NCBI GenBank assembly: GCA_964016885.1
Contig: OZ024741.1
Span: 414,656,001-414,720,000, forward strand
Length of the DNA stretch: 64,000 nt
Reading direction: 5' to 3'
Source of the DNA: Eledone cirrhosa
Lineage: Eukaryota
Part shown: positions 45,901 to 61,850 of the stretch, piece after piece
Layout of the letters: each line of letters opens with the position of its first letter
How positions within the stretch are numbered: position 1 is the first letter of the stretch
Made by a program: the position numbers and the translations under genes
The notes under the pieces: generated by a model
The model's database searches: none
Told to the model about the DNA's origin: nothing
What the model saw: the letters and a program-made list of their open reading frames with translations, nothing else

Positions 45901-48900
45901 CACACATACTTTGGTCTGACACTCTACCGAGTATAACACACCGGGAGATCTACATCACACATACTTTGGTCTGACACTCTACCGAGTATAACACACCAGG
46001 AGACCTACATCACACGTACTTTGGTCTGACACTCTACCGAGTATAAGACACCAGGAGACCTACATCACACATACATAGGTCTGACACTCTACCGAGTATA
46101 AGACACCAGGAGACCTACATCACACATACTTTGGTCTGACACTCTACCGAGTATAACACACCGGGAGATCTACATCACACATACTTTGGTCTGACACTCT
46201 ACCGAGTATAACACACCAGGAGACCTACATCACACGTACTTTGGTCTGACACTCTACCGAGTATAAGACACCAGGAGACCTACATCACACATACTTTGGT
46301 CTCACACTCTACCGAGTATAACACACCAGGAGACCTACAGCACACATACTTTGGTCTGACACTCTACCGAGTATAACACACCAGGAGACCTACATCACAC
46401 GTACTTTGGTCTGACACTCTACCGAGTATAAGACACCAGGAGACCTACATCACACGTACTTTGGTCTGACACTCTACCGACTATAAGACACTAGGAGACC
46501 TACATCACACGTACTTTGGTCTGACACTCTACCGAGTATAAGACACCAGGAGACCTACAGCACACATACTTTGATCTGACACTCTACCGAGTATAAGACA
46601 CCAGGAGACCTACATCACACGTACTTTGGTCTGACACTCTACCGAGTATAACACACCAGGAGACCTACATCACACATACATAGATCTGACACTCTACCGC
46701 GTATAAGACACCAGGAGACCTACATCACACGTACTTTGGTCTGACACTCTACCGAGTATAAGACACCAGGAGACCTACATCACACGTACTTTGGTCTGAC
46801 ACTCTACCAAGTATAAGACACCAGGAGACCTACATCACACATACTTTGGTCTGACACTCTACCGAGTATAACACACCAGGAGACCTACATCACACATACA
46901 TAGATCTGACACTCTACCGCGTATAAGACACCAGGAGACCTACATCACACGTACTTTGGTCTGACACTCTACCGAGTATAAGACACCAGGAGACCTACAT
47001 CACACGTACTTTGGTCTGACACTCTACCGATTATAACACACCAGGAGACCTACATCACACATACTTTGGTCTGACACTCTCCCGAGTATAACACACCAGG
47101 AGACCTACATCACACATACTTTGGTCTGACACTCTACCAAGTATAAGACACCAGGAGACCTACAGCACACATACTTTGGTCTGACACTCTACCAAGTATA
47201 AGACACCAGGAGACCTACATCACACGTACTTTGGTCTGACACTCTACCAAGTATAAGACACCAGGAGACCTACATCACACATACTTTGGTCTGACACTCT
47301 ACCGAGTATAACACACAGGAGACCTACATCACACATACATAGGTCTGACACTCTACCGAGTATAAGACACCAGGAGACCTACATCACACATACATAGGTC
47401 TGACACTCTACCGAGTATAAGACACCAGGAGACCTACATCACACGTACTTTGGTCTGACACTCTACCGAGTATAAGACACCAGGAGACCTACATCACACG
47501 TACTTTGGTCTGACACTCTACCGATTATAACACACCAGGAGACCTACATCACACATACTTTGGTCTGACACTCTACCGAGTATAAGACACCAGGAGACCT
47601 ACATCACGCATACTTTGGTCTGACACTCTACCGCGTATAAGACACCAGGAGACCTACATCACACGTACTTTGGTCTGACACTCTACCGAGTATAAGACAC
47701 CAGGAGACCTACATCACACGTACTTTGGTCTGACACTCTACCGAGTATAAGACACCAGAAGACCTACATCACACATACTTTGGTCTGACACTCTACCGAG
47801 TATAAGACAACAGGAGACCTACATCACGCATACTTTGGTCTGACACTCTACCGCGTATAAGACACCAGGAGACCTACATCACACGTACTTTGGTCTGACA
47901 CTCTACCGAGTATAAGACACCAGGAGACCTACATCACACGTACTTTGGTCTGACACTCTACCCAGTATAAGACACCGGGAGACCTACATCACACATACTT
48001 TGGTCTGACACTCTACCGAGTATAAGACACCAGGAGACCTACATCACACGTACTTTGGTCTGACACTCTACCGAGTATAAGACACCAGGAGACCTACATC
48101 ACACGTACTTTGGTCTGACACTCTACCGATTATAACACACCAGGAGACCTACATCACACATACTTTGGTCTGACACTCTACCGAGTATAAGACAACAGGA
48201 GACCTACATCACGCATACTTTGGTCTGACACTCTACCGCGTATAAGACACCAGGAGACCTACAGCACACATACTTTGGTCTCACACCCTACCGAATATAA
48301 GACACCAGGAGACCTACATCACACATACTTTGGTCTTACACTCTACCGAGTATAAGACACCAGGAGACCTACATCACACGTACTTTGGTCTGACACTCTA
48401 CCGATTATAACACACCAGAAGACCTACATCACACATACTTTGGTCTGACACTCTACCGAGTATAAGACAACAGGAGACCTACATCACGCATACTTTGGTC
48501 TGACACTCTACCGCGTATAAGACACCAGGAGACCTACAGCACACATACTTTGGTCTCACACCCTACCGAATATAAGACACCAGGAGACCTACATCACACA
48601 TACTTTGGTCTTACACTCTACCGAGTATAAGACACCAGGAGACCTACATCACACATACTTTGGTCTTACACTCTACCGAGTATAAGACACCAGGAGACCT
48701 ACATCACACATACTTTGGTCTGACACTCTACCGAGTATAAGACACCAGGAGACCTACATCACACATACTTTGGTCTTACACTCTACCGAGTATAAGACAC
48801 CAGGAGACCTACATCACACATACTTTGGTCTTACACTCTACCAAGTATAAGACACCAGGAGACCTACACCACACATACTTTGGTCTTACACTCTACCAAG

Positions 48901-51900
48901 TATAACACACCAGGAGACCTACATCACACATACATAGGTCTGACACTCTACCGAGTATAAGACACCAGGAGACCTACATCACACATACTTTGATCTGACA
49001 CTCTACCGAGTATAAGACACCGGGAGACCTGCATCACACATATTTTGGTCTGACACTCTACCGAGTATAAGACACCAGGAGACCTACATCACACATACAT
49101 AGGTTTAACACTCTACCGAGTATAAGACACCAGGAGACCTACATCACACATACATAGGTCTAACACTCTACCGAGTATAAGACACGAGGAGACCTACATC
49201 ACACATACTTTGGTCTTACACTCTACCGAGTATAAGACACCTGGAGACCTGCATCACACGTACTTTGGTCTGACACTCTACCGAGTATAACACACCAGGA
49301 GACCTACATCACACGTACTTTGGTCTGACACTCTACCGAGTATAAGACACCAGGAGACCTACATCACGCATACTTTGGTCTGACACTCTACCGCGTATAA
49401 GACACCAGGAGACCTACATCACACGTACTTTGGTCTGACACTCTACCGAGTATAAGACACCAGGAGACCTACATCACACGTACTTTGGTCTGACACTCTA
49501 CCGAGTATAAGACACCAGAAGACCTACATCACACATACTTTGGTCTGACACTCTACCGAGTATAAGACAACAGGAGACCTACATCACGCATACTTTGGTC
49601 TGACACTCTACCGCGTATAAGACACCAGGAGACCTACATCACACGTACTTTGGTCTGACACTCTACCGAGTATAAGACACCAGGAGACCTACATCACACG
49701 TACTTTGGTCTGACACTCTACCCAGTATAAGACACCGGGAGACCTACATCACACGTACTTTGGTCTGACACTCTACCGAGTATAAGACACCAGGAGACCT
49801 ACATCACACGTACTTTGGTCTGACACTCTACCCAGTATAAGACACCGGGAGACCTACATCACACATACTTTGGTCTGACACTCTACCGAGTATAAGACAC
49901 CAGGAGACCTACATCACACGTACTTTGGTCTGACACTCTACCGAGTATAAGACACCAGGGGACCTACATCACACGTACTTTGGTCTGACACTCTACCGAT
50001 TATAACACACCAGGAGACCTACATCACACATACTTTGGTCTGACACTCTACCGAGTATAAGACAACAGGAGACCTACATCACGCATACTTTGGTCTGACA
50101 CTCTACCGCGTATAAGACACCAGGAGACCTACATCACACGTACTTTGGTCTGACACTCTACCGATTATAACACACCAGAAGACCTACATCACACATACTT
50201 TGGTCTGACACTCTACCGAGTATAAGACAACAGGAGACCTACATCACGCATACTTTGGTCTGACACTCTACCGCGTATAAGACACCAGGAGACCTACAGC
50301 ACACATACTTTGGTCTCACACCCTACCGAATATAAGACACCAGGAGACCTACATCACACATACTTTGGTCTTACACTCTACCGAGTATAAGACACCAGGA
50401 GACCTACATCACACATACTTTGGTCTTACACTCTACCGAGTATAAGACACCAGGAGACCTACATCACACATACTTTGGTCTGACACTCTACCGAGTATAA
50501 GACACCAGGAGACCTACATCACACATACTTTGGTCTTACACTCTACCGAGTATAAGACACCAGGAGACCTACATCACACATACTTTGGTCTTACACTCTA
50601 CCAAGTATAAGACACCAGGAGACCTACATCACACATACTTTGGTCTTACACTCTACCAAGTATAACACACCAGGAGACCTACATCACACATACATAGGTC
50701 TGACACTCTACCGAGTATAAGACACCAGGAGACCTACATCACACATACTTTGATCTGACACTCTACCGAGTATAAGACACCGGGAGACCTACATCACACA
50801 TATTTTGGTCTGACACTCTACCGAGTATAACACACCAGGAGACCTACATCACACATACATAGGTTTAACACTCTACCGAGTATAAGACACCAGGAGACCT
50901 ACATCACACATACATAGGTCTGACACTCTTACGAGTATAAGACACCAGGAGACCTACATCACACATACTTTGGTCTGACACTCTACCGAGTATAACACAC
51001 CGGGAGATCTACATCACACATACTTTGGTCTGACACTCTACCGAGTATAACACACCAGGAGACCTACATCACACATACTTTGGTCTCACACTCTACCGAG
51101 TATAACACACCAGGAGACCTACAGCACACATACTTTGGTCTGACACTCTACCGAGTATAACACACCAGGAGACCTACATCACACGTACTTTGGTCTGACA
51201 CTCTACCGAGTATAAGACACCAGGAGACCTACATCACACATACTTTGGTCTCACACTCTACCGAGTATAACACACCAGGAGACCTACAGCACACATACTT
51301 TGGTCTTACACTCTACCGAGTATAACACACCAGGAGACCTACATCACACGTACTTTGGTCTGACACTCTACCGAGTATAAGACACCAGGAGACCTACATC
51401 ACACATACTTTGGTCCGACACTCTACCGACTATAAGACACCAGGAGACCTACATCACACGTACTTTGGTCTGACACTCTACCCAGTATAAGACACCAGGA
51501 GACCTACATCACACGTACTTTGGTCTGACACTCTACCCAGTATAAGACACCAGGAGACCTACATCACACGTACTTTGGTCTGACACTCTACCGAGTATAA
51601 GACACCAGGAGACCTACATCACACGTACTTTGGTCTGACACTCTACCGAGTATAAGACACCAGGAGACCTACATCACACGTACTTTGGTCTGACACTCTA
51701 CCCAGTATAAGACACCAGGAGACCTACATCACACGTACTTTGGTCTGACACTCTACCGAGTATAAGACACCAGGAGACCTACATCACGCATACTTTGGTC
51801 TGACACTCTACCGAGTATAAGACACCAGGAGACCTACATCACACGTACTTTGGTCTGACACACTACCGAGTATAACACACCAGGAGACCTACATCACACA

Positions 51901-54900
51901 TACTTTGGTCTGACACTCTACCGAGTATAACACACCAGGAGACCTACATCACACATACTTTGGTCTCACACTCTACCGAGTACAACACACGAGGAGACCT
52001 ACATCGCACATACTTTGGTCTGACACTCTACCGAGTATAACACACCAGGAGACCTACATCACATATACTTTGGTCTGACACTCTACCGAGTATAACACAC
52101 CAGGAGGCCTACATCGCACATACTTTGGTCTGACACTCTACCGATTATAAGACACCAGGAGACCTACATAAACACATACATAGGTTTAACACACTACTGA
52201 GTATAAGACACCAGGAGACCTACATCACACATACATAGGTCTGACACTCTACCGAGTATAAGACACCAGGAGACCTACATCACACATACTTTGGTCTGAC
52301 ACTCTACCGAGTATAACACACCGGGAGATCTACATCACACATACTTTGGTCTGACACTCTACCGAGTATAACACACCAGGAGACCTACATCACACGTACT
52401 TTGGTCTGACACTCTACCGAGTATAAGACACCAGGAGACCTACATCACACATACATAGGTCTGACACTCTACCGAGTATAAGACACCAGGAGACCTACAT
52501 CACACATACTTTGGTCTGACACTCTACCGAGTATAACACACCGGGAGATCTACATCACACATACTTTGGTCTGACACTCTACCGAGTATAAGACACCAGG
52601 AGACCTACATCACACGTACTTTGGTCTGACACTCTACCGAGTATAAGACACCAGGAGACCTACATCACACATACTTTGGTCTCACACTCTACCGAGTATA
52701 ACACACCAGGAGACCTACAGCACACATACTTTGGTCTGACACTCTACCGAGTATAACACACCAGGAGACCTACATCACACGTACTTTGGTCTGACACTCT
52801 ACCGAGTATAAGACACCAGGAGACCTACATCACGCATACTTTGGTCTGACACTCTACCGCGTATAAGACACCAGGAGACCTACATCACACGTACTTTGGT
52901 CTGACACTCTACCGAGTATAAGACACCAGGAGACCTACATCACACGTACTTTGGTCTGACACTCTACCGAGTATAAGACACCAGAAGACCTACATCACAC
53001 ATACTTTGGTCTGACACTCTACCGAGTATAAGACAACAGGAGACCTACATCACGCATACTTTGGTCTGACACTCTACCGCGTATAAGACACCAGGAGACC
53101 TACATCACACGTACTTTGGTCTGACACTCTACCGAGTATAAGACACCAGGAGACCTACATCACACGTACTTTGGTCTGACACTCTACCCAGTATAAGACA
53201 CCGGGAGACCTACATCACACATACTTTGGTCTGACACTCTACCAAGTATAAGACACCAGGAGACCTACATCACACGTACTTTGGTCTGACACTCTACCGA
53301 GTATAAGACACCAGGGGACCTACATCACACGTACTTTGGTCTGACACTCTACCGATTATAACACACCAGGAGACCAACATCACACATACTTTGGTCTGAC
53401 ACTCTACCGAGTATAAGACAACAGGAGACCTACATCACGCATACTTTGGTCTGACACTCTACCGCGTATAAGACACCAGGAGACCTACATCACACGTACT
53501 TTGGTCTGACACTCTACCGATTATAACACACCAGAAGACCTACATCACACATACTTTGGTCTGACACTCTACCGAGTATAAGACAACAGGAGACCTACAT
53601 CACGCATACTTTGGTCTGACACTCTACCGCGTATAAGACACCAGGAGACCTACAGCACACATACTTTGGTCTCACACCCTACCGAATATAAGACACCAGG
53701 AGACCTACATCACACATACTTTGGTCTTACACTCTACCGAGTATAAGACACCAGGAGACCTACATCACACATACTTTGGTCTTACACTCTACCGAGTATA
53801 AGACACCAGGAGACCTACATCACACATACTTTGGTCTGACACTCTACCGAGTATAAGACACCAGGAGACCTACATCACACATACTTTGGTCTTACACTCT
53901 ACCGAGTATAAGACACCAGGAGACCTACATCACACATACTTTGGTCTTACACTCTACCAAGTATAAGACACCAGGAGACCTACATCACACATACTTTGGT
54001 CTTACACTCTACCAAGTATAACACACCAGGAGACCTACATCACACATACATAGGTCTGACACTCTACCGAGTATAAGACACCAGGAGACCTACATCACAC
54101 ATACTTTGATCTGACACTCTACCGAGTATAAGACACCGGGAGACCTACATCACACATATTTTGGTCTGACACTCTACCGAGTATAACACACCAGGAGACC
54201 TACATCACACATACATAGGTTTAACACTCTACCGAGTATAAGACACCAGGAGACCTACATCACACATACATAGGTCTGACACTCTACCGAGTATAAGACA
54301 CCAGGAGACCTACATCACACATACTTTGGTCTGACACTCTACCGAGTATAACACACCGGGAGATCTACATCACACATACTTTGGTCTGACACTCTACCGA
54401 GTATAACACACCAGGAGACCTACATCACACATACTTTGGTCTCACACTCTACCGAGTATAACACACCAGGAGACCTACAGCACACATACTTTGGTCTGAC
54501 ACTCTACCGAGTATAACACACCAGGAGACCTACATCACACGTACTTTGGTCTGACACTCTACCGAGTATAAGACACCAGGAGACCTACATCACACATACT
54601 TTGGTCTCACACTCTACCGAGTATAACACACCAGGAGACCTACAGCACACATACTTTGGTCTTACACTCTACCGAGTATAACACACCAGGAGACCTACAT
54701 CACACGTACTTTGGTCTGACACTCTACCGAGTATAAGACACCAGGAGACCTACATCACACATACTTTGGTCCGACACTCTACCGACTATAAGACACCAGG
54801 AGACCTACATCACACGTACTTTGGTCTGACACTCTACCCAGTATAAGACACCAGGAGACCTACATCACACGTACTTTGGTCTGACACTCTACCCAGTATA

Positions 54901-55600
54901 AGACACCAGGAGACCTACATCACACGTACTTTGGTCTGACACTCTACCGAGTATAAGACACCAGGAGACCTACATCACACGTACTTTGGTCTGACACTCT
55001 ACCGAGTATAAGACACCAGGAGACCTACATCACACGTACTTTGGTCTGACACTCTACCCAGTATAAGACACCAGGAGACCTACATCACACGTACTTTGGT
55101 CTGACACTCTACCGAGTATAAGACACCAGGAGACCTACATCACGCATACTTTGGTCTGACACTCTACCGAGTATAAGACACCAGGAGACCTACATCACAC
55201 GTACTTTGGTCTGACACACTACCGAGTATAACACACCAGGAGACCTACATCACACATACTTTGGTCTGACACTCTACCGAGTATAACACACCAGGAGACC
55301 TACATCACACATACTTTGGTCTCACACTCTACCGAGTATAACACACGAGGAGACCTACATCGCACATACTTTGGTCTGACACTCTACCGAGTATAACACA
55401 CCAGGAGACCTACATCACACATACTTTGGTCTGACACTCTACCGAGTATAACACACCAGGAGGCCTACATCGCACATACTTTGGTCTGACACTCTACCGA
55501 TTATAAGACACCAGGAGACCTACATAAACACATACATAGGTTTAACACACTACTGAGTATAAGACACCAGGAGACCTACATCACACATACATAGGTCTGA
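43000..55600. repeat. Three copies of a ~2.8-3.4 kb block, the last two in tandem (61-mer)
   Basis: 'gacaccagggg' occurs at 43571, 49951 and 53307, and 'cataaac' at 45787, 52167 and 55523. Both give spacings of 6380 (116x55) and 3356 (61x55+1). Confidence 0.8.
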
Positions 55601-57499
55601 CACTCTACCGAGTATAAGACACCAGGAGACCTACATCACACATACATAGGTCTGACACTCTGCCGAGTATAAGACACCAGGAGACCTACATCAAACGTAC
55701 TTTGGTCTCACACTCTACCGAGTATAAGACACCAGGAGACCTACATCACACATACTTTGGTCCGACACTCTACCGACTATAAGACACTAGGAGACCTACA
55801 TCACACGTACTTTGGTCTGACACTCTACCGAGTATAAGACACCAGGAGACCTACAGCACACATACTTTGATCTGACACTCTACCGAGTATAAGACACCAG
55901 GAGACCTACATCACACGTACTTTGGTCTGACACTCTACCGAGTATAACACACCAGGAGACCTACATCACACATACATAGATCTGACACTCTACCGCGTAT
56001 AAGACACCAGGAGACCTACATCACACGTACTTTGGTCTGACACTCTACCGAGTATAAGACACCAGGAGACCTACATCACACGTACTTTGGTCTGACACTC
56101 TACCAAGTATAAGACACCAGGAGACCTACATCACACATACTTTGGTCTGACACTCTACCGAGTATAACACACCAGGAGACCTACATCACACATACATAGA
56201 TCTGACACTCTACCGCGTATAAGACACCAGGAGACCTACATCACACGTACTTTGGTCTGACACTCTACCGAGTATAAGACACCAAGAGACCTACATCACA
56301 CGTACTTTGGTCTGACACTCTACCGAGTATAAGACACCAGGAGACCTACATCACACGTACTTTGGTCTGACACTCTACCGATTATAAGACACCAGGAGAC
56401 CTACATCACACATACTTTGGTCTGACACTCTACCGAGTATAACACACCAGGAGACCTACATCACACATACTTTGGTCTGACACTCTACCAAGTATAAGAC
56501 ACCAGGAGACCTACAGCACACATACTTTGGTCTGACACTCTACCAAGTATAAGACACCAGGAGACCTACATCACACGTACTTTGGTCTGACACTCTACCA
56601 AGTATAAGACACCAGGAGACCTACATCACACATACTTTGGTCTGACACTCTACCGAGTATAACACACAGGAGACCTACATCACACATACATAGGTCTGAC
56701 ACTCTACCGAGTATAAGACACCAGGAGACCTACATCACACATACATAGGTCTGACACTCTACCGAGTATAAGACACCGGGAGACCTACATCACACGTACT
56801 GTGGTCTCACACTCTACCAAGTATAAGACACCAGGAGACCTACATCACACGTACTTTGGTCTGACACTCTACCCAGTATAAGACACCAGGAGACCTACAT
56901 CACACGTACTTTGGTCTGACACTCTACCGAGTATAAGACACCAGGAGACCTACATCACGCATACTTTGGTCTGACACTCTACCGAGTATAAGACACCAGG
57001 AGAACTACATCACACGTACTTTGGTCTGACACTCTACCGAGTATAACACACCAGGAGACCTACATCACACGTACTTTGGTCTGACACTCTACCGAGTATA
57101 ACACACCAGGAGACCTACAGCACACATACTTTGGTCTGACACTCTACCAAGTATAAGACACCAGGAGACCAACATCACACGTACTTTGGCCTGACACTCT
57201 ACCAAGTATAAGACACCAGGAGACCTACATCACACGTACTTTGGTCTGACACTCTACCGAGTATAAGACACCAGGAGACCTACATCACACATACATAGGT
57301 CTGACACTCTACCGAGTATAAGACACCAGGAGACCTACATCACACGTACTGTGGTCTCGCACTCTACCGAGTATAAGACACCAGGAGACCAACATCACAC
57401 GTACTTTGGTCTGACACTCTACCGAGTATAAGACACCAGGAGACCTACATCACACGTACTTTGGTCTGACACTCTACCGAGTATAACACACCAGGAGAC

Positions 57500-60400
57500 C
57501 TACATCACACGTACTGTGGTCTCACACTCTACCCAGTATAAGACACCAGGAGACCTACATCACACGTACTTTGGTCTGACACTCTACCGAGTATAAGACA
57601 CCAGGAGACCTACATCACGCATACTTTGGTCTGACACTCTACCGAGTATAAGACACCAGGAGACCTACATCACACGTACTTTGGTCTGACACACTACCGA
57701 GTATAACACACCAGGAGACCTACATCACACATACTTTGGTCTGACACTCTACCGAGTATAACACACCAGGAGACCTACATCACACATACTTTGGTCTGAC
57801 ACTCTACCAAGTATAACACACCAGGAGACCTACATCACACATACTTTGGTCTGACACTCTACCGAGTATAACACACCAGGAGACCTACAGCACACATACT
57901 TTGGTCTCACACTCTACCGAGTATAACACACGAGGAGACCTACATCGCACATACTTTGGTCTGACACTCTACCGAGTATAACACACCAGGAGACCTACAT
58001 CACACATACTTTGGTCTGACACTCTACCGAGTATAACACACCAGGAGGCCTACATCGCACATACTTTGGTCTGACACTCTACCGATTATAAGACACCAGG
58101 AGACCTACATAAACACATACATAGGTTTAACACACTACTGAGTATAAGACACCAGGAGACCTACATCACACATACATAGGTCTGACACTCTACCGAGTAT
58201 AAGACACCAGGAGACCTACATCACACATACATAGGTCTGACACTCTACCGAGTATAAGACACCAGGAGACCTACATCAAACGTACTTTGGTCTCACACTC
58301 TACCGAGTATAAGACACCAGGAGACCTACATCACACATACTTTGGTCCGACACTCTACCGACTATAAGACACTAGGAGACCTACATCACACGTACTTTGG
58401 TCTGACACTCTACCGAGTATAAGACACCAGGAGACCTACAGCACACATACTTTGATCTGACACTCTACCGAGTATAAGACACCAGGAGACCTACATCACA
58501 CGTACTTTGGTCTGACACTCTACCGAGTATAACACACCAGGAGACCTACATCACACATACATAGATCTGACACTCTACCGCGTATAAGACACCAGGAGAC
58601 CTACATCACACGTACTTTGGTCTGACACTCTACCGAGTATAAGACACCAGGAGACCTACATCACACGTACTTTGGTCTGACACTCTACCCAGTATAAGAC
58701 ACCGGGAGACCTACATCACACGTAATTTGGTCTGACACTCTACCGAGTATAAGACACCAGGAGACCTACATCACACGTACTTTGGTCTGACACTCTACCG
58801 AGTATAAGACACCAGGAGACCTACATCACACATACATAGGTTTAACACTCTACCGAGTATAAGACACCAGGAGACCTACATCACACATACAGAGGTTTAA
58901 CACTCTACCGAGTATAAGACACCAGCAGACCTACATCACACATACTTTGGTCTGACACTCTACCGAGTATAAGACACCAGGAGACCTACATCACACATAC
59001 TTTGGTCTGACACTCTACCGAGTATAAGACACCAGGAGACCTACATCACACGTACTTTGGTCTGACACTCTACCGAATATAAGACACCAGGAGACCTACA
59101 TCACACATACTTTGGTCTTACACTCTACCGAGTATAAGACACCAGGAGACCTACATCACACATACTTTGGTCTTACACTCTACCAAGTATAAGACACCAG
59201 GAGACCTACATCACACATACTTTGATCTGACACTCTACCGAGTATAAGACACCGGGAGACCTACATCACACATATTTTGGTCTGACACTCTACCGAGTAT
59301 AAGACACCAGGAGACCTACATCACACATACATAGGTCTAACACTCTACCAAGTATAAGACACGAGGAGACCTACATCACACATACTTTGGTCTTACACTC
59401 TACCGAGTATAAGACACCTGGAGACCTACATCACACGTACTTTGGTCTGACACTCTACCGAGTATAACACACCAGGAGACCTACATCACACGTACTTTGG
59501 TCTGACACTCTACCGAGTATAAGACACCTGGAGACCTACATCACGCATACTTTGGTCTGACACTCTACCGCGTATAAGACACCAGGAGACCTACATCACA
59601 CGTACTTTGGTCTGACACTCTACCGAGTATAAGACACCAGGAGACCTACATCACACGTACTTTGGTCTGACACTCTACCGAGTATAAGACACCAGAAGAC
59701 CTACATCACACATACTTTGGTCTGACACTCTACCGAGTATAAGACAACAGGAGACCTACATCACGCATACTTTGGTCTGACACTCTACCACGTATAAGAC
59801 ACCAGGAGACCTACATCACACGTACTTTGGTCTGACACTCTACCGAGTATAAGACACCAGGAGACCTACATCACACGTACTTTGGTCTGACACTCTACCC
59901 AGTATAAGACACCGGGAGACCTACATCACACATACTTTGGTCTGACACTCTACCGAGTATAAGACACCAGGAGACCTACATCACACGTACTTTGGTCTGA
60001 CACTCTACCGAGTATAAGACACCAGGAGACCTACATCACACGTACTTTGGTCTGACACTCTACCGATTATAACACACCAGGAGACCTACATCACACATAC
60101 TTTGGTCTGACACTCTACCGAGTATAACACACCAGGAGACCTACATCACACATACTTTGGTCTGACACTCTACCAAGTATAAGACACCAGGAGACCTACA
60201 GCACACATACTTTGGTCTGACACTCTACCAAGTACAAGACACCAGGAGACCTACATCACACATACTTTGGTCTGACACTCTACCGAGTATAACACACAGG
60301 AGACCTACATCACACATACATAGGTCTGACACTCTACCGAGTATAAGACACCAGGAGACCTACATCACACATACATAGGTCTGACACTCTACCGAGTATA

Positions 60401-61850
60401 AGACACCGGGAGACCTACATCACACGTACTGTGGTCTCACACTCTACCGAGTATAAGACACCAAGAGACCAACATCACACGTACTTTGGTCTGACACTCT
60501 ACCGAGTATAAGACACCAGGAGACCTACATCACACGTACTTTGGTCTGACACTCTACCGAGTATAAGACACCAGGAGACCTACATCACACGTACTTTGGT
60601 CTGACACTCTACCCAGTATAAGACACCAGGAGACCTACATCACACGTACTTTGGTCTGACACTCTACCGAGTATAAGACACCAGGAGACCTACATCACGC
60701 ATACTTTGGTCTGACACTCTACCGAGTATAAGACACCAGGAGACCTACATCACACGTACTTTGGTCTGACACACTACCGAGTATAACACACCAGGAGACC
60801 TACATCACACATACTTTGGTCTGACACTCTACCGAGTATAACACACCAGGAGACCTACATCACACATACTTTGGTCTGACACTCTACCGAGTATAACACA
60901 CCAGGAGACCTACATCACACATACTTTGGTCTGACACTCTACCGAGTATAACACACCAGGAGACCTACAGCACACATACTTTGGTCTCACACTCTACCGA
61001 GTATAACACACGAGGAGACCTACATCGCACATACTTTGGTCTGACACTCTACCGAGTATAACACACCAGGAGACCTACATCACACATACTTTGGTCTGAC
61101 ACTCTACCGAGTATAACACACCAGGAGACCTACATCGCACATACTTTGGTCTGACACTCAACCGATTATAAGACACCAGGAGACCTACATAAACACATAC
61201 ATAGGTTTAACACACTACTGAGTATAAGACACCAGGAGACCTACATCACACATACATAGGTCTGACACTCTACCGAGTATAAGACACCGGGAGACCTACA
61301 TCACACATACATAGGTCTGACACTCTACCGAGTATAAGACACCAGGAGACCTACAGCACACATACTTTGATCTGACACTCTACCGAGTATAAGACACCAG
61401 GAGACCTACATCACACGTACTTTGGTCTGACACTCTACCGAGTATAACACACCAGGAGACCTACATCACACATACATAGATCTGACACTCTACCGCGTAT
61501 AAGACACCAGGAGACCTACATCACACGTACTTTGGTCTGACACTCTACCGAGTATAAGACACCAGGAGACCTACATCACACGTACTTTGGTCTGACACTC
61601 TACCCAGTATAAGACACCGGAAGACCTACATCACACGTAATTTGGTCTGACACTCTACCGAGTATAAGACACCAGGAGACCTACATTACACGTACTTTGG
61701 TCTGACACTCTACCGAGTATAAGACACCAGGAGACCTACATCACACATACATAGGTTTAACACTCTACCGAGTATAAGACACCAGGAGACCTACATCACA
61801 CATACATAGGTTTAACACTCTACTGAGTATAAGACACCAGCAGACCTACA
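57500..61850. repeat. ~3,080 bp (56-monomer) HOR unit plus a partial second copy
   Basis: 'cataaac' occurs at 58108 and 61188 (3080 = 56x55), with the same flanking marker order (acacactac, acgagg/atcgc, tttgatct, tagatct-ccgcg, cgtaattt, ccagcag). Confidence 0.7.
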
